From Methanobacteriota archaeon (GTDB lineage Archaea; Thermoplasmatota; Thermoplasmata; SG8-5; JAGLSY01): 64,000 nt of DNA. The stretch spans positions 608,001 to 672,000 of the forward strand of contig JAEHCO010000001.1 of NCBI GenBank assembly GCA_020697715.1, read 5' to 3'. A model generated the notes under the pieces. That model ran no database searches and was not told the origin of the DNA. It was given only the letters and a program-made list of their open reading frames with translations. Positions 18,878-29,218 of the stretch are shown here, piece by piece. The number at the start of each line of letters is the position of its first letter. Positions within the stretch are counted from its first letter, which is position 1. The position numbers and the translations under genes were made by a program.

Positions 18878-18983
18878 TGTTCAGACGATCATTATTTTCT
18901 TAATCAAAACAACCTTCCACAAAACACTGTACCAATTTCTTTAAGTATCTTTATTCCAATATTTGATTGATGGTGGAAGATTT

Positions 18984-21900
18984 ATGATTGTAAAATCTAT
19001 AAAATCAAATTCTAGGTCGGTAAAAAGCAAGGGATTCGCAATTCTTTCAGTGGCCTTTGTGTTTCTCATGATAATTGGGGTTTTCTCACCTGTCATCTCA
19101 GGCACAGATGCGGGTACGAACACAGGCACGAGACAGCAAGACCAGGATTACATCCTGCGAGTGGCCATGCAGGATGATATCAAGACCCTGAATCCCCTTG
19201 TCACGAGCGATTCATGGACCTGGAATGTGATCGAATATATTTACGACAAGCCAGTGAAGTCCGACCCCATCACTGGCGAGCTCATCCCTTACATAGCCGT
19301 GGGTTCTGCCAGTGGCACTGGAAAGGGATTGAATGACGTATGGGGTTGGGAGGATCTGAACACTGGTGTATTCGGCAACACACCAGTGGCTGATTGGGAG
19401 CCCGGTATGACTGGTGTCTCTGAGGCCACGATATTCTATGACTTCACCAATGTCACATGGCATGATGGTATGCAGATGTCCATCAGGGATATTCAGTTCG
19501 CTTACCATGTACAAGCCCTATCGCCCACTGGCTCATCAGATGTCAATTGCCTTATGGACCTGGGCGGGGAGTTCGGTACGAATTATTCAAATACCAATTA
19601 TCTACATATTCAGAAGGTTTATGAGAGTGCGGATGGGCTTCAGGCGGCTCTAAGGTTCGAGATCCAGACGCCTTTTGAAAGCTTCTTCAGGAGCACTTTA
19701 TCTGTTTTACTATTACCATATCACGTATGGGGAAGTACTGTGTCTGGACAAGCTTATGATAATACGATGATATGGTGCGATCCAGGTTATTCAGTTGACA
19801 ATGTCATGGCTTGGGATGTTTCAGATGCTCTGGCCTGGCATAATCCAACATCAATTGGCAGTGGTCCAATGAAGTACGATTCCTGGAATATGGGTGTTAG
19901 CTCAAAGATCATCACATACAGGGATCATTTTTACAGAGAGAACTGGAATCCAGATTACGATATAAACGGAATTGCAAAACAACCCACCATCGAGGCAATT
20001 GTCTTCAAGATATACAAGACCGCGGAGCAAGCGGTCTTGGCTTTGAGAAATAATGATATAGATTACATAGCCTGGTCCCTTCCGCCAACCTTTGTTCAAG
20101 AGGTAATAGATGAGCCAGATATAGGCATCAAACAGTCCATGAGCAGTGGCTTTTACTACATGGGCTACAATATGAGACCCAATAAGAGATCCTTCGGATA
20201 TGATGATAATGGTGTGGATGTGGGCAAGCCACTAAGGAAGGCTATCGCTCATTGTATTGACAAAGATTTGATAGTTCAAAGGCTACTTCTGGGCTTTGGC
20301 TCACCAGGAGACGGTCCCATATCCGCGACCAGTGAATGGTACAATGATTCGATCCCACAGTACGACTTTGATCCCGAAGAAGCAAAGACGATCTTGGAGA
20401 ATGCGGGCTATCAATTGACAAATCCAACTATCGACCCTGGCCAAGGTAATTGGTGGCTCAATCCAGATGGCTCCAATATCGGAAATTCAGAGGGCGGTAA
20501 GATAGAGATATTGACACCACCTGCAGATTATGATCCGATAAGAGCACAGGCTGGTTTGATGATCGCCATGCAGATGCAGGAGATCGGTATCTATGCGGAG
20601 TCCATCGCTATGGACTTCGGGACCATCGTAAATCATATCGACTATCGGGACTTCGATATGTACATTCTGGGATGGAACATCAATAGCGCTCCACCAAATT
20701 TCATGTACGCGTTCTTCCATTCGGACAATGCAGCTGCTGGCCAGAACTACCCAGGATATTCCAATTCAAGTTTCGATGCGATAATAGACACTGCCAGAGC
20801 ATCCGGTGACGATGCTCTGAGGCTGGAGCTGATCAATGACGCCCAGGCCGCCATCGCATACGATCTGCCATACGACGTTCTCTACTTCAAGACGAATATC
20901 GAGGCCTATCGCTCGGACAGGTTCACGGGCTGGGTGTCGGACTCATCTGGCTCGATCTATAACTGGAGATCCATTCTCGAGTTGAGACCGCCATCGAATA
21001 TGTGGTTGGAAGCAAATTTTGTCAATGTAGCTTCTTCTATCGGATCCAATGCGACCACCGATGTAGAGGTGCTTGTCACTAAGAATAGAATAGAAGTTGA
21101 TAGCACCATCACAAGAATGCCTGTTGATAATGCATTTGTCAGGCTGGCGGTGTCAGATGGGTCGCTTTCCGCATACAGCGGGACAACAGGTTCAAATGGG
21201 GTCTTGAGAGTCACTTTCACAGCCCCCTATGCACAACGTGTCAATGAATTCAATAGCTATGGATCAAGTGTGCTTATCGAGATCGCGAGTGCGGAATTAT
21301 ATGGTTACGATGACGCCCCTAGTAAAATAACCATGCTGACCGTATATCCAGACGACATTGATTTTCTCACAGTCCATATGGAAGCAGAACCGATGACCAT
21401 CGATGATACAGATGCGACAGGAGCTCTCGGCATCTCAAATATAGTTGTCTCAGTAACAGACCGATCGAATGATCCTATCATTGGAGCTGAAGTGACAATA
21501 CAATTAGATTCTTTATATTCCCCATCTCCCTCTATTTCTCCAGTACTTGCCACCACAGGCTCAGATGGAACTGCGGTATTTACCTTTGAGGCTGCGGAGC
21601 TATGGGATGAAGAGGATAGGGAATATTCTGTAAGTGTTTTGGCCACCAAGGACGATTACGAAAGTGGAACTCAGTCCATTGTGATCAATGTCGTCGATGC
21701 ACATATTTATATTCCTCCGAACTCCGACATAGATGGAGATGGTGTGAATAATACGGATGATGATTTTCCAACTGATCCAGCAGCCTCTGTCGATACTGAT
21801 GGTGATGGAAAGCCAGATGATTGGAATGAAGGCTATACGGCTGAAGATTCCACTACTGGTCTTATTTTGGATGAAGATGATGATGGTGACGGCATCCCGG

Positions 21901-22040
21901 ATGATGAGATCCTATCATTGGATTCAAATTCAGGTGATGATGATGAAACCAGTTTGGTCGGAACATACTGGTGGTTGATCGTCATCCTCATTGTTGTCTT
22001 TGGCATTATGATCGCTATATATTTCTTTAAAGAACTATGA
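18984..22040 (+). CDS. Large membrane-anchored family-5 solute-binding protein with Ig-like domains and TSP3-like Ca-binding repeats
   Basis: LRVAMQDDIKTLNP, WHDGMQMSIRDI, IGSGPMKY, LRKAIAHCID, DIDGDGV...DTDGDG...DDDGDG, C-terminal TM. Confidence 0.85.
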   Translation: MIVKSIKSNSRSVKSKGFAILSVAFVFLMIIGVFSPVISGTDAGTNTGTRQQDQDYILRVAMQDDIKTLNPLVTSDSWTWNVIEYIYDKPVKSDPITGELIPYIAVGSASGTGKGLNDVWGWEDLNTGVFGNTPVADWEPGMTGVSEATIFYDFTNVTWHDGMQMSIRDIQFAYHVQALSPTGSSDVNCLMDLGGEFGTNYSNTNYLHIQKVYESADGLQAALRFEIQTPFESFFRSTLSVLLLPYHVWGSTVSGQAYDNTMIWCDPGYSVDNVMAWDVSDALAWHNPTSIGSGPMKYDSWNMGVSSKIITYRDHFYRENWNPDYDINGIAKQPTIEAIVFKIYKTAEQAVLALRNNDIDYIAWSLPPTFVQEVIDEPDIGIKQSMSSGFYYMGYNMRPNKRSFGYDDNGVDVGKPLRKAIAHCIDKDLIVQRLLLGFGSPGDGPISATSEWYNDSIPQYDFDPEEAKTILENAGYQLTNPTIDPGQGNWWLNPDGSNIGNSEGGKIEILTPPADYDPIRAQAGLMIAMQMQEIGIYAESIAMDFGTIVNHIDYRDFDMYILGWNINSAPPNFMYAFFHSDNAAAGQNYPGYSNSSFDAIIDTARASGDDALRLELINDAQAAIAYDLPYDVLYFKTNIEAYRSDRFTGWVSDSSGSIYNWRSILELRPPSNMWLEANFVNVASSIGSNATTDVEVLVTKNRIEVDSTITRMPVDNAFVRLAVSDGSLSAYSGTTGSNGVLRVTFTAPYAQRVNEFNSYGSSVLIEIASAELYGYDDAPSKITMLTVYPDDIDFLTVHMEAEPMTIDDTDATGALGISNIVVSVTDRSNDPIIGAEVTIQLDSLYSPSPSISPVLATTGSDGTAVFTFEAAELWDEEDREYSVSVLATKDDYESGTQSIVINVVDAHIYIPPNSDIDGDGVNNTDDDFPTDPAASVDTDGDGKPDDWNEGYTAEDSTTGLILDEDDDGDGIPDDEILSLDSNSGDDDETSLVGTYWWLIVILIVVFGIMIAIYFFKEL

Positions 22041-22073
22041 GCGACCATGAACCATAAATAAGAATACACCTTG

Positions 22074-22119
22074 ACCTGTAAACAAGACTACAAATTACCT
22101 GTAAACAAGACTACAAATT
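22074..22119. repeat. 23-bp perfect tandem repeat x2
   Basis: ACCTGTAAACAAGACTACAAATT twice. Confidence 0.9.
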
Positions 22120-22306
22120 GAATGATAAACATATTGCCAAATATAATGTTAAATATTTCGACTACTTTATAACAACCCGACATCTATATATATAGATAGT
22201 GTAATAAAAGGTGGTGGAAACAAGTGACTTTTCGTAAGAGGTCATTAGTGGATGGGCTAATCAGTGGGCGAAGTGGTCACTTAGAGTGAGAAAGGGGTGA
22301 AACCGA

Positions 22307-24007
22307 TTGGTGCTCAAAAAAGCTTTAATGAAAAAATTCCTAAAGGCGGGTTCTAAATCACTTAAAGTGAAAGTTCCTATAGGCGAGAAGCTTAAAGAGC
22401 AAGAATATAGAGCTGGAAGAGGCTCTGAGATCACACCCATTCCTGATCTTGTTGGTTCTAAATTTGAAGAGAGAGAGGTATATCCGATAAATGAACCTTT
22501 TAGTTATGCTCGTATTAAATATGATACTGAAAAGAGCGAATACATTTACGAGGTCATTGAACCCACCACCACCCCCAAAGAGAAGGAGATCATTAAACTT
22601 ATAATGGACACCTTCGAAAAGGCACTGGAATATGAAATGGACAAGATGGGATTAAATGACAAAAGAGAGTATCTGAAAGGCGCGATCAATAGTTTCGTAA
22701 CCTCAAGAGGCCTAAAAATAGATCCAAAGACCAAAGAAAAGATAGATTATTTCATATTGAGGGACTTCGTAGATTATGGACCCATAGATTCTCTCATGCA
22801 CGATGATAAGATCGAAGATGTTTCTTGTGATGGGACCGCAGTCCCCCTCTTTGTCTTTCATCAGAAATACGAATCCATCAAGACTGCCACACTCTTCGAG
22901 GATGAGGATGAACTGAACAGTTTTGTTGTTCAGTTGGGTCAGAGATGTGGAAAGCAGGTATCTGTTTCCATGCCTATTCTGGATGGAACAACTGGCGAGG
23001 GTCACAGGGTACAAGCGACGTATTCTACAGAGGTCACTACCAGAGGTTCTTCTTTCACCATAAGGCGATTCAAGGAAAAGCCTTTCACGCCTGTTGACCT
23101 TATTAAATTCAATACAGCATCTCCCGAAATGGTTGCCTATATGTGGCTGGCCGTCGAGCTTGGGAAATCCATGCTGGTTGTTGGAGGCACTGCCAGTGGA
23201 AAGACAGCTACATTGAATGCTGCAGCTCTTTTCATCAGGCCAGGTGCGAAGATAGTTACCATGGAAGATACTAGGGAATTGAACCTGCCTCACGAGAACT
23301 GGATACCAGGTACGACAAGGACTGGCCAGGGTGAAAGGGATGCGGAAGGAAAGGCCGAGGGCGAGATCGATATGTACGAACTCGTTAGGGGCGCATTAAG
23401 GCAGAGGCCGAACTACATCATAGTGGGAGAGGTCAGAGGTAAAGAAACATCCACTATGTTCCAGGCAATGGCCACAGGTCACACCACCTATTCCACAATG
23501 CATGCGGATTCGGTCAAGTCCATGGTCAATAGGTTGGAAAATCCGCCGATCAACACTCCAAGGATATTGCTTACAGCTCTTAATTTCATAGTCATTCAGA
23601 AGCATGTGAGGGTCAGGGACAGTGTCGTTCGTAGGATAACGGAGATCGTAGAGCTGGTTGCCTATGAAGCAGATACCAATGAGATCGTCACCAACACCAC
23701 ATACCTTTGGGATCAGCGCAGTGATTCCTTCCTGTACAAGGGTCACAGTTTCATCCTGGATGGTATGATGGAGATAAAGAATCTCACCCATGATGAGATG
23801 GATGCGGAATTCAAAAGAAGGGTGGACATCATCAATTACATGGTGGAAAAGGACATCACTGATTTCATCGAGATCGCCAATATCGTAGTTGCATATTACA
23901 AAGAACCACTTGAGACCGTCCAGAAGATAAGGGATGAAATGGGATGGGTCGTGGAGGCCGTCTTTACTGGTGGCGATGAAGAGGAGGGATCGATCTTTGG
24001 CTCATGA
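22307..24007 (+). CDS. Type IV pilus/type II secretion ATPase (ArlI/PilB-like), copy 1
   Basis: Walker A GGTASGKT, EDTRELNL, ALRQRPNYIIVGEVRG, MATGH, TMHA; GGGGTGA SD before TTG. Confidence 0.93.
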   Translation: MVLKKALMKKFLKAGSKSLKVKVPIGEKLKEQEYRAGRGSEITPIPDLVGSKFEEREVYPINEPFSYARIKYDTEKSEYIYEVIEPTTTPKEKEIIKLIMDTFEKALEYEMDKMGLNDKREYLKGAINSFVTSRGLKIDPKTKEKIDYFILRDFVDYGPIDSLMHDDKIEDVSCDGTAVPLFVFHQKYESIKTATLFEDEDELNSFVVQLGQRCGKQVSVSMPILDGTTGEGHRVQATYSTEVTTRGSSFTIRRFKEKPFTPVDLIKFNTASPEMVAYMWLAVELGKSMLVVGGTASGKTATLNAAALFIRPGAKIVTMEDTRELNLPHENWIPGTTRTGQGERDAEGKAEGEIDMYELVRGALRQRPNYIIVGEVRGKETSTMFQAMATGHTTYSTMHADSVKSMVNRLENPPINTPRILLTALNFIVIQKHVRVRDSVVRRITEIVELVAYEADTNEIVTNTTYLWDQRSDSFLYKGHSFILDGMMEIKNLTHDEMDAEFKRRVDIINYMVEKDITDFIEIANIVVAYYKEPLETVQKIRDEMGWVVEAVFTGGDEEEGSIFGS

Positions 24008-25013
24008 GACAGTTGATGCATTCTCAAAGCTCGATACAAAGGGCAGCCATCTCAAGACCAAGAGAACCAGAAAATATGAGGAGGTCGAGCGTGGCCCTCA
24101 TATCATCAGGTTAAAGAAAGGTTCGGTGCCAACATACATAAAACTGACACCCTTCCAGGAGTTCTCATGGGGATTAATGGGCAATTATGCCAAGAATAAA
24201 TACAAGGCTGATGAGGATCTTGAGAGCAATCTGATGAAAGCCCATATGCCGATAAGGCCAGAAGAACATATGGCAGTGGCCTACACGATGGCTCTTATTA
24301 TGGGAATTGTTGGCGCCATAATGCTGATAGTTATTCCTATCGTCCTATCTTTCCTGGACATGCTGGTCGTGGGAGTTCTGATAGGCGTGATGGCCGTGGT
24401 ATTGCTTCCAGTAATGGGCTTCTTCGGTGTCAAAAGTTCCCCTGGTGGGAAAGCGAAATCCCGGGGAAGGGATATCGATAAAAGGATTTCGGGAGTTATG
24501 AGTTTCATTTCCGCCATGGCCTCGGCCAATGTTCCGGTCGATGTCATTTTCAAGGAACTATCCAAGCAGGATGTGTACGGTGAGATCCAGAACGAGGCTG
24601 AATGGATAACACGAGACACGGAGCTTCTTGGTATTGATATTCTCACAGCCATCAGGAGAGGCTCACTGCGTTCACCATCAATTAAATTCCAGGATTTCCT
24701 TCAGGGTGTTGTAACAACCACGACATCTGGAGGTCAGCTGAAGCCTTATTTCATCATGAAGGCCGAGCAGTTTGAGAAGGAGAATAAATTAATGATGAAG
24801 CAGACCATGGAAACCATGGCCATGATGGCCGAGAGTTTCGTCACAGTGGTCGTGGCATTTCCACTTTTCTTAGTGGTCATACTTGCCATTATGGCTATCA
24901 TCGGAGGCAATGCGGCTTCCACTACCAATATATTGTTCATGGTCATAGGGATCATGATACCAGCATCACAATTTGGTTTCATATTCGTAATCTGGAGCAT
25001 AAGTCAAGAGTAG
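23997..25013 (+). CDS. Type IV pilus membrane platform protein (TadC/T2SSF-like), copy 1
   Basis: TM pairs, RSPSIKFQDFLQGVVTTTTSGG, MAESFVT; TTG start after GAGGAGG SD. Confidence 0.88.
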   Translation: MAHETVDAFSKLDTKGSHLKTKRTRKYEEVERGPHIIRLKKGSVPTYIKLTPFQEFSWGLMGNYAKNKYKADEDLESNLMKAHMPIRPEEHMAVAYTMALIMGIVGAIMLIVIPIVLSFLDMLVVGVLIGVMAVVLLPVMGFFGVKSSPGGKAKSRGRDIDKRISGVMSFISAMASANVPVDVIFKELSKQDVYGEIQNEAEWITRDTELLGIDILTAIRRGSLRSPSIKFQDFLQGVVTTTTSGGQLKPYFIMKAEQFEKENKLMMKQTMETMAMMAESFVTVVVAFPLFLVVILAIMAIIGGNAASTTNILFMVIGIMIPASQFGFIFVIWSISQE

Positions 25014-25026
25014 AGGTGCAGAAAGA

Positions 25027-26055
25027 ATGGCAGCAACCAAAGAAGAAATGAGGAAACTGGCGATCGCCAGTAAAAAGGACCACACCAGGACAGTTATAGT
25101 GGTGGGTGCCATCATATTCTCAGCATTTCTGCTAGTCGGCATATTGAACTTAACAGAGCAGATCGACACATCATTCAAGTCATTAGAACTAATAGATAAT
25201 AACGAGGACGGAATTATAGATAAATGGGATGCGAACTCCGGATATGATAGTGATGGTGATGAAGTACCGGATCAAGGGCAAACGCCTATGATGAGATTCT
25301 TAAATCTATTATTTTTAGGTGCGGCTTTCCTTTTTGGCCCTTGGGCTTTCTATGCCTCATCCAAAGCGAAGAACATCGAAGCTATCGAGAGAAGGATACC
25401 TGATTTTCTTAGAGATGTGGCTGAAGCAGGTCGATTTGGTATGACACTGGCCGATGCTATCGTTGTCGCTTCATCTGGTAGATACGGTAAACTCACGCCC
25501 GAGATCAAGAAGATGGCAGCCCAGATCGAATGGGGTATCACAGCCACTGAGGCACTGAGGCTCTTCGCAGATAGGATGAATACCGCATTGGTGAACAGAG
25601 TTGTCGCGATCGTCATTAAATCCAGTGATGCTGGTGGCAGTGTTGCGGATGTTCTTACAATGGTGGCTCACGATACCAAAGAAGAACAGCTATCACAGCA
25701 AGAGAGGGAGATCACGATGAGTACCTACCTGGCTGTTATTTACATAGCTTACTTCGTGTTCCTGGTCACTATTATAATTCTTAATGCCACTTTCCTTCCA
25801 AAGATAAGGATCGCGGGAATGGCGGTAGCAAGATCGGCAGAGGCCGCGGGTCTAGGCAGTGCGAATGTCGGAGGCATGTCATTGGATGTATCAGCTATAC
25901 CCAATATCGAGGTAGCTTTCTTCCTGGCATCCATGATCCACGCTGTCGGAGACGGTGTGATGGCTGGCGTACTCCAGAATGGCAGGATATCTGATGGATT
26001 GAAGCACAGCTTCATATTGATATTCCTTGGAATACTGATATTAACATTTACATGA
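25027..26055 (+). CDS. Type IV pilus membrane platform protein (TadC/T2SSF-like), copy 2
   Basis: IPDFLRDVAEAGRFGMTL, YGKLTPEIKKMAAQIEWG, AGGSVADVL, GLKHS. Confidence 0.9.
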   Translation: MAATKEEMRKLAIASKKDHTRTVIVVGAIIFSAFLLVGILNLTEQIDTSFKSLELIDNNEDGIIDKWDANSGYDSDGDEVPDQGQTPMMRFLNLLFLGAAFLFGPWAFYASSKAKNIEAIERRIPDFLRDVAEAGRFGMTLADAIVVASSGRYGKLTPEIKKMAAQIEWGITATEALRLFADRMNTALVNRVVAIVIKSSDAGGSVADVLTMVAHDTKEEQLSQQEREITMSTYLAVIYIAYFVFLVTIIILNATFLPKIRIAGMAVARSAEAAGLGSANVGGMSLDVSAIPNIEVAFFLASMIHAVGDGVMAGVLQNGRISDGLKHSFILIFLGILILTFT

Positions 26056-26066
26056 GGTGACATGAA

Positions 26067-27893
26067 TTGGCAGATGCAGCAGAGAAGAAATCCATGAGCG
26101 ACCACCAAAAAGAACTAGAGGCCATAGATGATGAGAAGAAGTCGGCCGAAGAGAAATTGAACGAGCTCAAGGATGAAGAGGCCAAGACTGAGGCCGAACT
26201 CGAATCTTTAGAAGAGCGTAAGCAAGCATCTACTTTCTCAGCCTTCGATGACCTGAAGAAAAAATACATGACCATGCTAAGTGGCAAGAAAGCGATCAAG
26301 GTCAAAGTATCAAAGGGGGCCAAGGAGAGATCCAATATCAAGGATGTCACCACAATACCCAAGATAAGGGAGAAACATTTACAGGAGATCGAGATAATCC
26401 CAGTTATCGAAGGATACTCGTATGTCAGGATCCTTTATGATAATATATCCAGTGATTATTTCTATGAGTGTATCGAACCTGCTCTGAAGGAAGAGGAGGA
26501 GGATGTCCTCGAGGTTCTCAAGGAAATAATGGTGGACACCCTCGCGCATATAGAGGATGCTACTGAAGAGGTCAGAGAGCAATACCTGAGAGAAGGTGTG
26601 GACAGCCTGCTCAAAGATATGGGAGTTACATTGAATCCCATATCCAAGGAAAGGGTGATCTATTACATTTTAAGAGATTTCATCAGATATGGCCCTATCG
26701 ATGTTCCAATGATCGAAGGGGGCGTGGAGGATCTTTCTTGTGATGGTGTCGGTGTGCCTTTCTATATTTATACAAGGCAGTATGGTTCCATTCAATCAAA
26801 TATCAAGTTCGATACAGCCGAGAGTTTGGATGCCTTCGTCGTATGGCTGGCCCAGAAGTGTCAGAAGCACATATCCGTGGCAGAGCCCATGCTCGATGCC
26901 ACCATTCCAGATGGCTCCAGGCTGAATGCCACCCTGGGAACTCATGTTACAAAAAGAGGTTCTTCATTCACCATCAGGCGATTCAAGGAAGATCCTTTCA
27001 CACCACTTGATCTAGTAAGGTTCAAGACCATGTCGCCGGATATGATGGCCTACATATGGCTGTGTATTGAGAATGGGAAGTCCATTCTCGTTTGCGGTGG
27101 TACTGCGAGTGGTAAGACCACGACGCTGAATGCGGTTCTGATATTCATTCCGGCCCAGATGAAGGTCGTTAGTATTGAGGATACGAGAGAATTGAACCTG
27201 CCCCATGAGAACTGGGTGCCATTGCTTACAAGATCTGGCTTTGGCGGTAAGGATGCCACAGGAAAGGCGGCTGGAGAGATCGATATGTTCGATCTTCTAA
27301 TGGCGGCTTTGAGGCAGAGGCCACAGTACATGATGGTCGGTGAGGTAAGAGGTTCAGAGGCCAGTGTGGTCTTCCAGGCAATGGCCACAGGTAAGAGCGC
27401 GTACACCACTTTCCACGCGGAGAATGTCCAGGCAATGGTGAACAGGATGGAACAGCCCCCGATCGAAATTCCGAGGGCATTGCTCACGGCTTTGGATCTT
27501 GTTCTGATGCAGGCTCAAGTGAAGGTGGGAGATGGAATGACACGACGTGTGAAGTCTCTCACGGAGATCTTCGGCATGGATCCAGATTCTGGAGATCTGA
27601 TCACGAACTCCGTATATACATGGAATCCAGCGGATGACACATTCAATTACAGTGGACACAGCTACATTTACGAGAACATAGCCGATAGTAAGAACTGGAC
27701 CCAGAGGGAGATGATGCGAGAGGTCAAGCGTCGTATCGACCTGTTGGAATACATGAAACTCATTGGTATCAAGACGAACCGCCAACTTGCCAAGGTCGTA
27801 TCCGCATACTATACCAACCCAGAAGTTACTATGGAAGATGTCAAGGTCGTGCTGGCAGGTGGAGAATCAACCATACTCACTCATTTAAAATAA
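26067..27893 (+). CDS. Type IV pilus/type II secretion ATPase, copy 2, with N-terminal coiled coil
   Basis: Walker A GGTASGKTT, EDTRELNL, ALRQRPQYMMVGEVRG, TTFHA; charged helical N-terminus. Confidence 0.93.
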   Translation: MADAAEKKSMSDHQKELEAIDDEKKSAEEKLNELKDEEAKTEAELESLEERKQASTFSAFDDLKKKYMTMLSGKKAIKVKVSKGAKERSNIKDVTTIPKIREKHLQEIEIIPVIEGYSYVRILYDNISSDYFYECIEPALKEEEEDVLEVLKEIMVDTLAHIEDATEEVREQYLREGVDSLLKDMGVTLNPISKERVIYYILRDFIRYGPIDVPMIEGGVEDLSCDGVGVPFYIYTRQYGSIQSNIKFDTAESLDAFVVWLAQKCQKHISVAEPMLDATIPDGSRLNATLGTHVTKRGSSFTIRRFKEDPFTPLDLVRFKTMSPDMMAYIWLCIENGKSILVCGGTASGKTTTLNAVLIFIPAQMKVVSIEDTRELNLPHENWVPLLTRSGFGGKDATGKAAGEIDMFDLLMAALRQRPQYMMVGEVRGSEASVVFQAMATGKSAYTTFHAENVQAMVNRMEQPPIEIPRALLTALDLVLMQAQVKVGDGMTRRVKSLTEIFGMDPDSGDLITNSVYTWNPADDTFNYSGHSYIYENIADSKNWTQREMMREVKRRIDLLEYMKLIGIKTNRQLAKVVSAYYTNPEVTMEDVKVVLAGGESTILTHLK

Positions 27894-28096
27894 TTCATAC
27901 TTCGATCTCGACTATCTAATATCTTTACTAATATGATATATTATGATATCATTAATGATTATAAGATGTAATAGAGTCTTATGATATATACTATACAGCT
28001 AATGCACAAATTGCTCAACAATCATTCTTGTTTTTAAGATAAAGTATGTAAAAAAGTATATAGATGATGATGTGTTCCGCCCCATTGGTGAAATAA

Positions 28097-28264
28097 ATGG
28101 ATGAAGACGTGGTCTGTACATCTTGTAAGATCCCTTTGATCGAAACAGGTAGTTCCGTATTCAAATGCCCCAGTTGTACCAAAATCACAATTGGTAGATG
28201 CATCAGATGCAGGGATCAGAGTGTTAGCTATGAATGCCCAGAATGTGGATTTCAGGGTCCGTAG
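28097..28264 (+). CDS. Small double Zn-ribbon protein (DUF1610/HVO_2753-like), below ORF-track length cutoff
   Basis: Manual translation MDEDVVCTSCKIPLIETGSSVFKCPSCTKITIGRCIRCRDQSVSYECPECGFQGP; GGTGA SD; conserved position before EF-1beta. Confidence 0.92.
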   Translation: MDEDVVCTSCKIPLIETGSSVFKCPSCTKITIGRCIRCRDQSVSYECPECGFQGP

Positions 28265-28273
28265 GTGATATAT

Positions 28274-28540
28274 ATGGGAGATGTAGCAATAACTTACAAG
28301 GTCATGCCAGACGGATTGGAAGTAGATCTGGTAGAATTGAAAACCAATCTAACTGAAGAATTGACCAAGATATGTAGAGTGAACAGTATAGAGGAAAGAC
28401 CACTGGCTTTTGGACTGAAAGCATTGATCGTTCAGGTCATCATGAAGGATGGCGAGGGCGTGGTGGACAAGCTGGAACAGTTAATACGTGATGTTCCCGG
28501 TGTCCAGAATGCCGATGTAGAAGACATGGGTCTTATCTGA
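28274..28540 (+). CDS. ef1b: Translation elongation factor 1-beta
   Basis: MGDVAITYKVMP...EERPLAFGLKAL. Confidence 0.95.
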   Translation: MGDVAITYKVMPDGLEVDLVELKTNLTEELTKICRVNSIEERPLAFGLKALIVQVIMKDGEGVVDKLEQLIRDVPGVQNADVEDMGLI

Positions 28541-28602
28541 TAAAGCATACCAGCGATATTCAATTATTTCTATATGCTCTATTTCCAAAGGTAGGCTATG
28601 CC

Positions 28603-28968
28603 ATGGGCAAAAAGGGAAGATACGCTAAGCAGAAGGACCGGCGAAAGAAGATCGCCAGTGAAAGAATATCCATCCTCATGGAATTGGCTGATAAGGAAGC
28701 CATATCTGGCAAATTGGATAGGGCTAGTCGATATGGATATCTGGCAAGGAAGATCGGAAAAAAATATAATGTACGCTTGCCAGGTACCTTCAAGCATAAA
28801 TATTGCAAGCACTGTGGCACATACCGGGTACCATCAAGAAACACCCGGGTTCGAATATCGCGTGGCCACATAACCACACATTGCCTGGAATGTGGTGACA
28901 TATACAGAAGACCATACATAGTGAATGGAAATAGATCAATAAAGGAAAGTGAACTCAATGGACAATAA
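28603..28968 (+). CDS. rnp4: Ribonuclease P protein component 4 (Rpp21)
   Basis: KIASERISIL, YCKHC...RVRI...HCLECGDIYRRPY. Confidence 0.92.
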   Translation: MGKKGRYAKQKDRRKKIASERISILMELADKEAISGKLDRASRYGYLARKIGKKYNVRLPGTFKHKYCKHCGTYRVPSRNTRVRISRGHITTHCLECGDIYRRPYIVNGNRSIKESELNGQ

Positions 28969-29218
28969 GACCAAAAGAGAATTGAGGGGCAAGGCGCAAT
29001 CCATACAGCCCACGGTTCGTGTCGGAAAGTCCGGGATCACGGAACAGTTGATCGATGAGATCAAGAGCCAGCTTTCCAATAAAGAACTCATAAAGATCAA
29101 GATACTTGGCTGTGACAAGAATGAAGTTAAACTAATTGCCACAGAATTATCCACCCACACCAAAGCAGAGCTCATAGATGTCAGGGGCAATACGATGGTC
29201 CTTTGGAAAAAGGGTTAA
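28958..29218 (+). CDS. YhbY/CRM family RNA-binding protein
   Basis: LRGKAQSIQPTVRVGKSGIT...ELIKIK...DVRGNTMVL. Confidence 0.92.
   Translation: MDNKTKRELRGKAQSIQPTVRVGKSGITEQLIDEIKSQLSNKELIKIKILGCDKNEVKLIATELSTHTKAELIDVRGNTMVLWKKG

Noticed and set aside
14277-22300. Integrated island at tRNA-Ala
   Set aside because: No integrase and no duplicated tRNA 3' end seen; genes look like native surface proteins.
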